A stretch of DNA of 57,126 nucleotides from Candidatus Thorarchaeota archaeon (lineage in GTDB: Archaea > Asgardarchaeota > Thorarchaeia > Thorarchaeales > Thorarchaeaceae): positions 1-57,126 of the forward strand of contig JBHIAE010000018.1 of NCBI GenBank assembly GCA_046758445.1, read 5' to 3'. Shown here in pieces: positions 55,949 through 57,126 of the stretch. Both the position numbers and the translations under genes were made by a program. Under the pieces are notes generated by a model. It was not told the DNA's origin, did no database searches, and saw nothing but the letters and a program-made list of their open reading frames with translations. The first letter of the stretch is position 1. Every line of letters starts with the position of its first letter.

Positions 55949-56016
55949 CCTACTCTCCCTCCTTAGGGGAATGGGTGGTGTGGTGTCTCCACCCGAATCG
56001 CGTGCTTTCCCTGTGC

Positions 56017-56967
56017 TTATGGCGCCATTGTGATGTTAAGCTTGTTCACCAATTCCTTGTAGCGATTTCTGACTGTGACCTCTGTGACCCCCGCAGCCAT
56101 TGCGATGTCTCGCTGAGTCACCCTGTGGTCCGTCAGAATCGACGCGATGTATATTGCTGCCGCGGCAAGCCCTCTCGGGTCGCGGCCAGTTACGAGACTT
56201 CTCCTTTCCTTTGCCATGTCAAGTATCTCAAGCACCTTCTGCTGAACCTTGCCCGGGAGATTCAGTTGTGTCATGAGACGCGGCACGTAGTTCGCTGGGT
56301 CAGAGATTGGCATCTTCAACCTCAGCTTCTCGACGAGCAATCGATAGTGCTGACCAATCTTCTTCTTTGTGACCCTACTGTGTCTGGAGATCTCCTCAAG
56401 GGACCTAGGGGCTTCCCTCAACCTGCAGGCTGCGTAGATCGACGCACCCACCATTGCATCGATAGACCTGCTGCGTGCTAGTCTCTTTACGATGAGTTTC
56501 CGGTAGAGTAGAGCCGCTAGCTCCTTAATGCTCTTTGTGAGTCCCAGCTGTGATGCGAGTCTGTCGAGCTCAGACATTGCCTGAGCGAGGTTCCTGTCAA
56601 CTGAGCTGTGGACTCTGGTTCTAATCTGCCACTTGCGAAGTCGATAGAACTTCGAGCGTTGAGCGGCCGTAAAACGCTTCCCTGATTGGTCATGATCGCG
56701 CCAGTCAAGCATCGTAGACAGCCCTTTGTCATGGATGGCGTACGAGCTTGGAGCCCCTGCCCGGGAGCGTGCGTCCTTCTCGTCGGCCGTGAAGGCTCTC
56801 CATTCTGGACCCGTGTCAATGCGATGGTCACTCACCACCAACCCACAGGTGGCGCAGATCCTCTCGCCTTTCTCGAGATCCTGGACTACCTCATGTCCAC
56901 CACAGTCTGGACATGTGAAGCCAGTCTTTGGCCTCTCAGACCTCTTCCTTCCGGTTCCGGATGCCAT
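56017..56967 (-). CDS. tfb: Transcription initiation factor IIB (TFB), paralogue 1
   Basis: CPDCGG...C..CG, GPEWRAF, HDKGLST, GVTEVTVRNRYKEL; start ATG 56967 after GAGGAGAGG. Confidence 0.92.
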   Translation of the reverse strand: MASGTGRKRSERPKTGFTCPDCGGHEVVQDLEKGERICATCGLVVSDHRIDTGPEWRAFTADEKDARSRAGAPSSYAIHDKGLSTMLDWRDHDQSGKRFTAAQRSKFYRLRKWQIRTRVHSSVDRNLAQAMSELDRLASQLGLTKSIKELAALLYRKLIVKRLARSRSIDAMVGASIYAACRLREAPRSLEEISRHSRVTKKKIGQHYRLLVEKLRLKMPISDPANYVPRLMTQLNLPGKVQQKVLEILDMAKERRSLVTGRDPRGLAAAAIYIASILTDHRVTQRDIAMAAGVTEVTVRNRYKELVNKLNITMAP

Positions 56968-57099
56968 TTTCTTTCGACCTCTCCTCAGCCCTTGAGTATG
57001 ATCAAAGCAAGTTCCTCGACTCACCTTGTTTTAGTGTGTCGAAGATATCTTGGCGGCGCAGTCTACGATCAAGAAGTTCATCAGACCCTCGGGCAGACC

Positions 57100-57118
57100 C
57101 TTAAGTTTATATATAAGA
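57100..57118 (-). promoter_or_regulatory. TATA box upstream of tfb
   Basis: TTATATATAAA on the minus strand ~140 nt upstream of the tfb start; near-symmetric, so it could also serve a plus-strand gene outside the window. Confidence 0.4.
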
Positions 57119-57126
57119 ACACATTC

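Noticed and set aside
55765-56481. 238-aa Cys/His-rich plus-strand ORF
   Set aside because: Antisense to the two tfb genes; composition is explained by the opposite-strand coding.

Overview
Archaeal DNA, probably from an Asgard archaeon such as a Thorarchaeia-like lineage. This is inferred from tandem TFB genes, a Rab-like GTPase, archaeal TATA boxes and GGAGG/GGTGA ribosome-binding sites, and was not verified by a search. The first ~43 kb is an almost uninterrupted membrane electron-transfer island. It holds five GlcD/D-LDH-fold FAD oxidoreductases (all lacking the canonical GEHG motif) and five HdrD/GlpC-type CCG Fe-S proteins. It also holds three membrane-anchored monoheme CxxCH beta-sandwich proteins with stalks of different length, cytochrome-b-like 4-TM domains, two CuA cupredoxin domains (one fused to a NosR/NapH-like membrane Fe-S domain), a split-barrel-MenA fusion and a complex I-like gene set. 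The most striking element is that complex. No NuoEFG/FpoF is encoded in the window, and NuoB is fused in frame to a FAD oxidoreductase, a candidate new electron-input module. NuoD has motifs intermediate between hydrogenase and complex I. There are four antiporter-like subunits (M-L-M-N), with a visible 26-residue duplication in the NuoL lateral helix, the signature of '2M' complexes. Downstream lie a candidate structured ncRNA, a Rab-like GTPase, housekeeping and metabolic genes, a macrodomain/NUDIX cluster and two TFB paralogues, one apparently starting at ATA. No rRNA, tRNA, CRISPR array or transposase was recognised. All family calls are by eye from motifs; no database searches were run.
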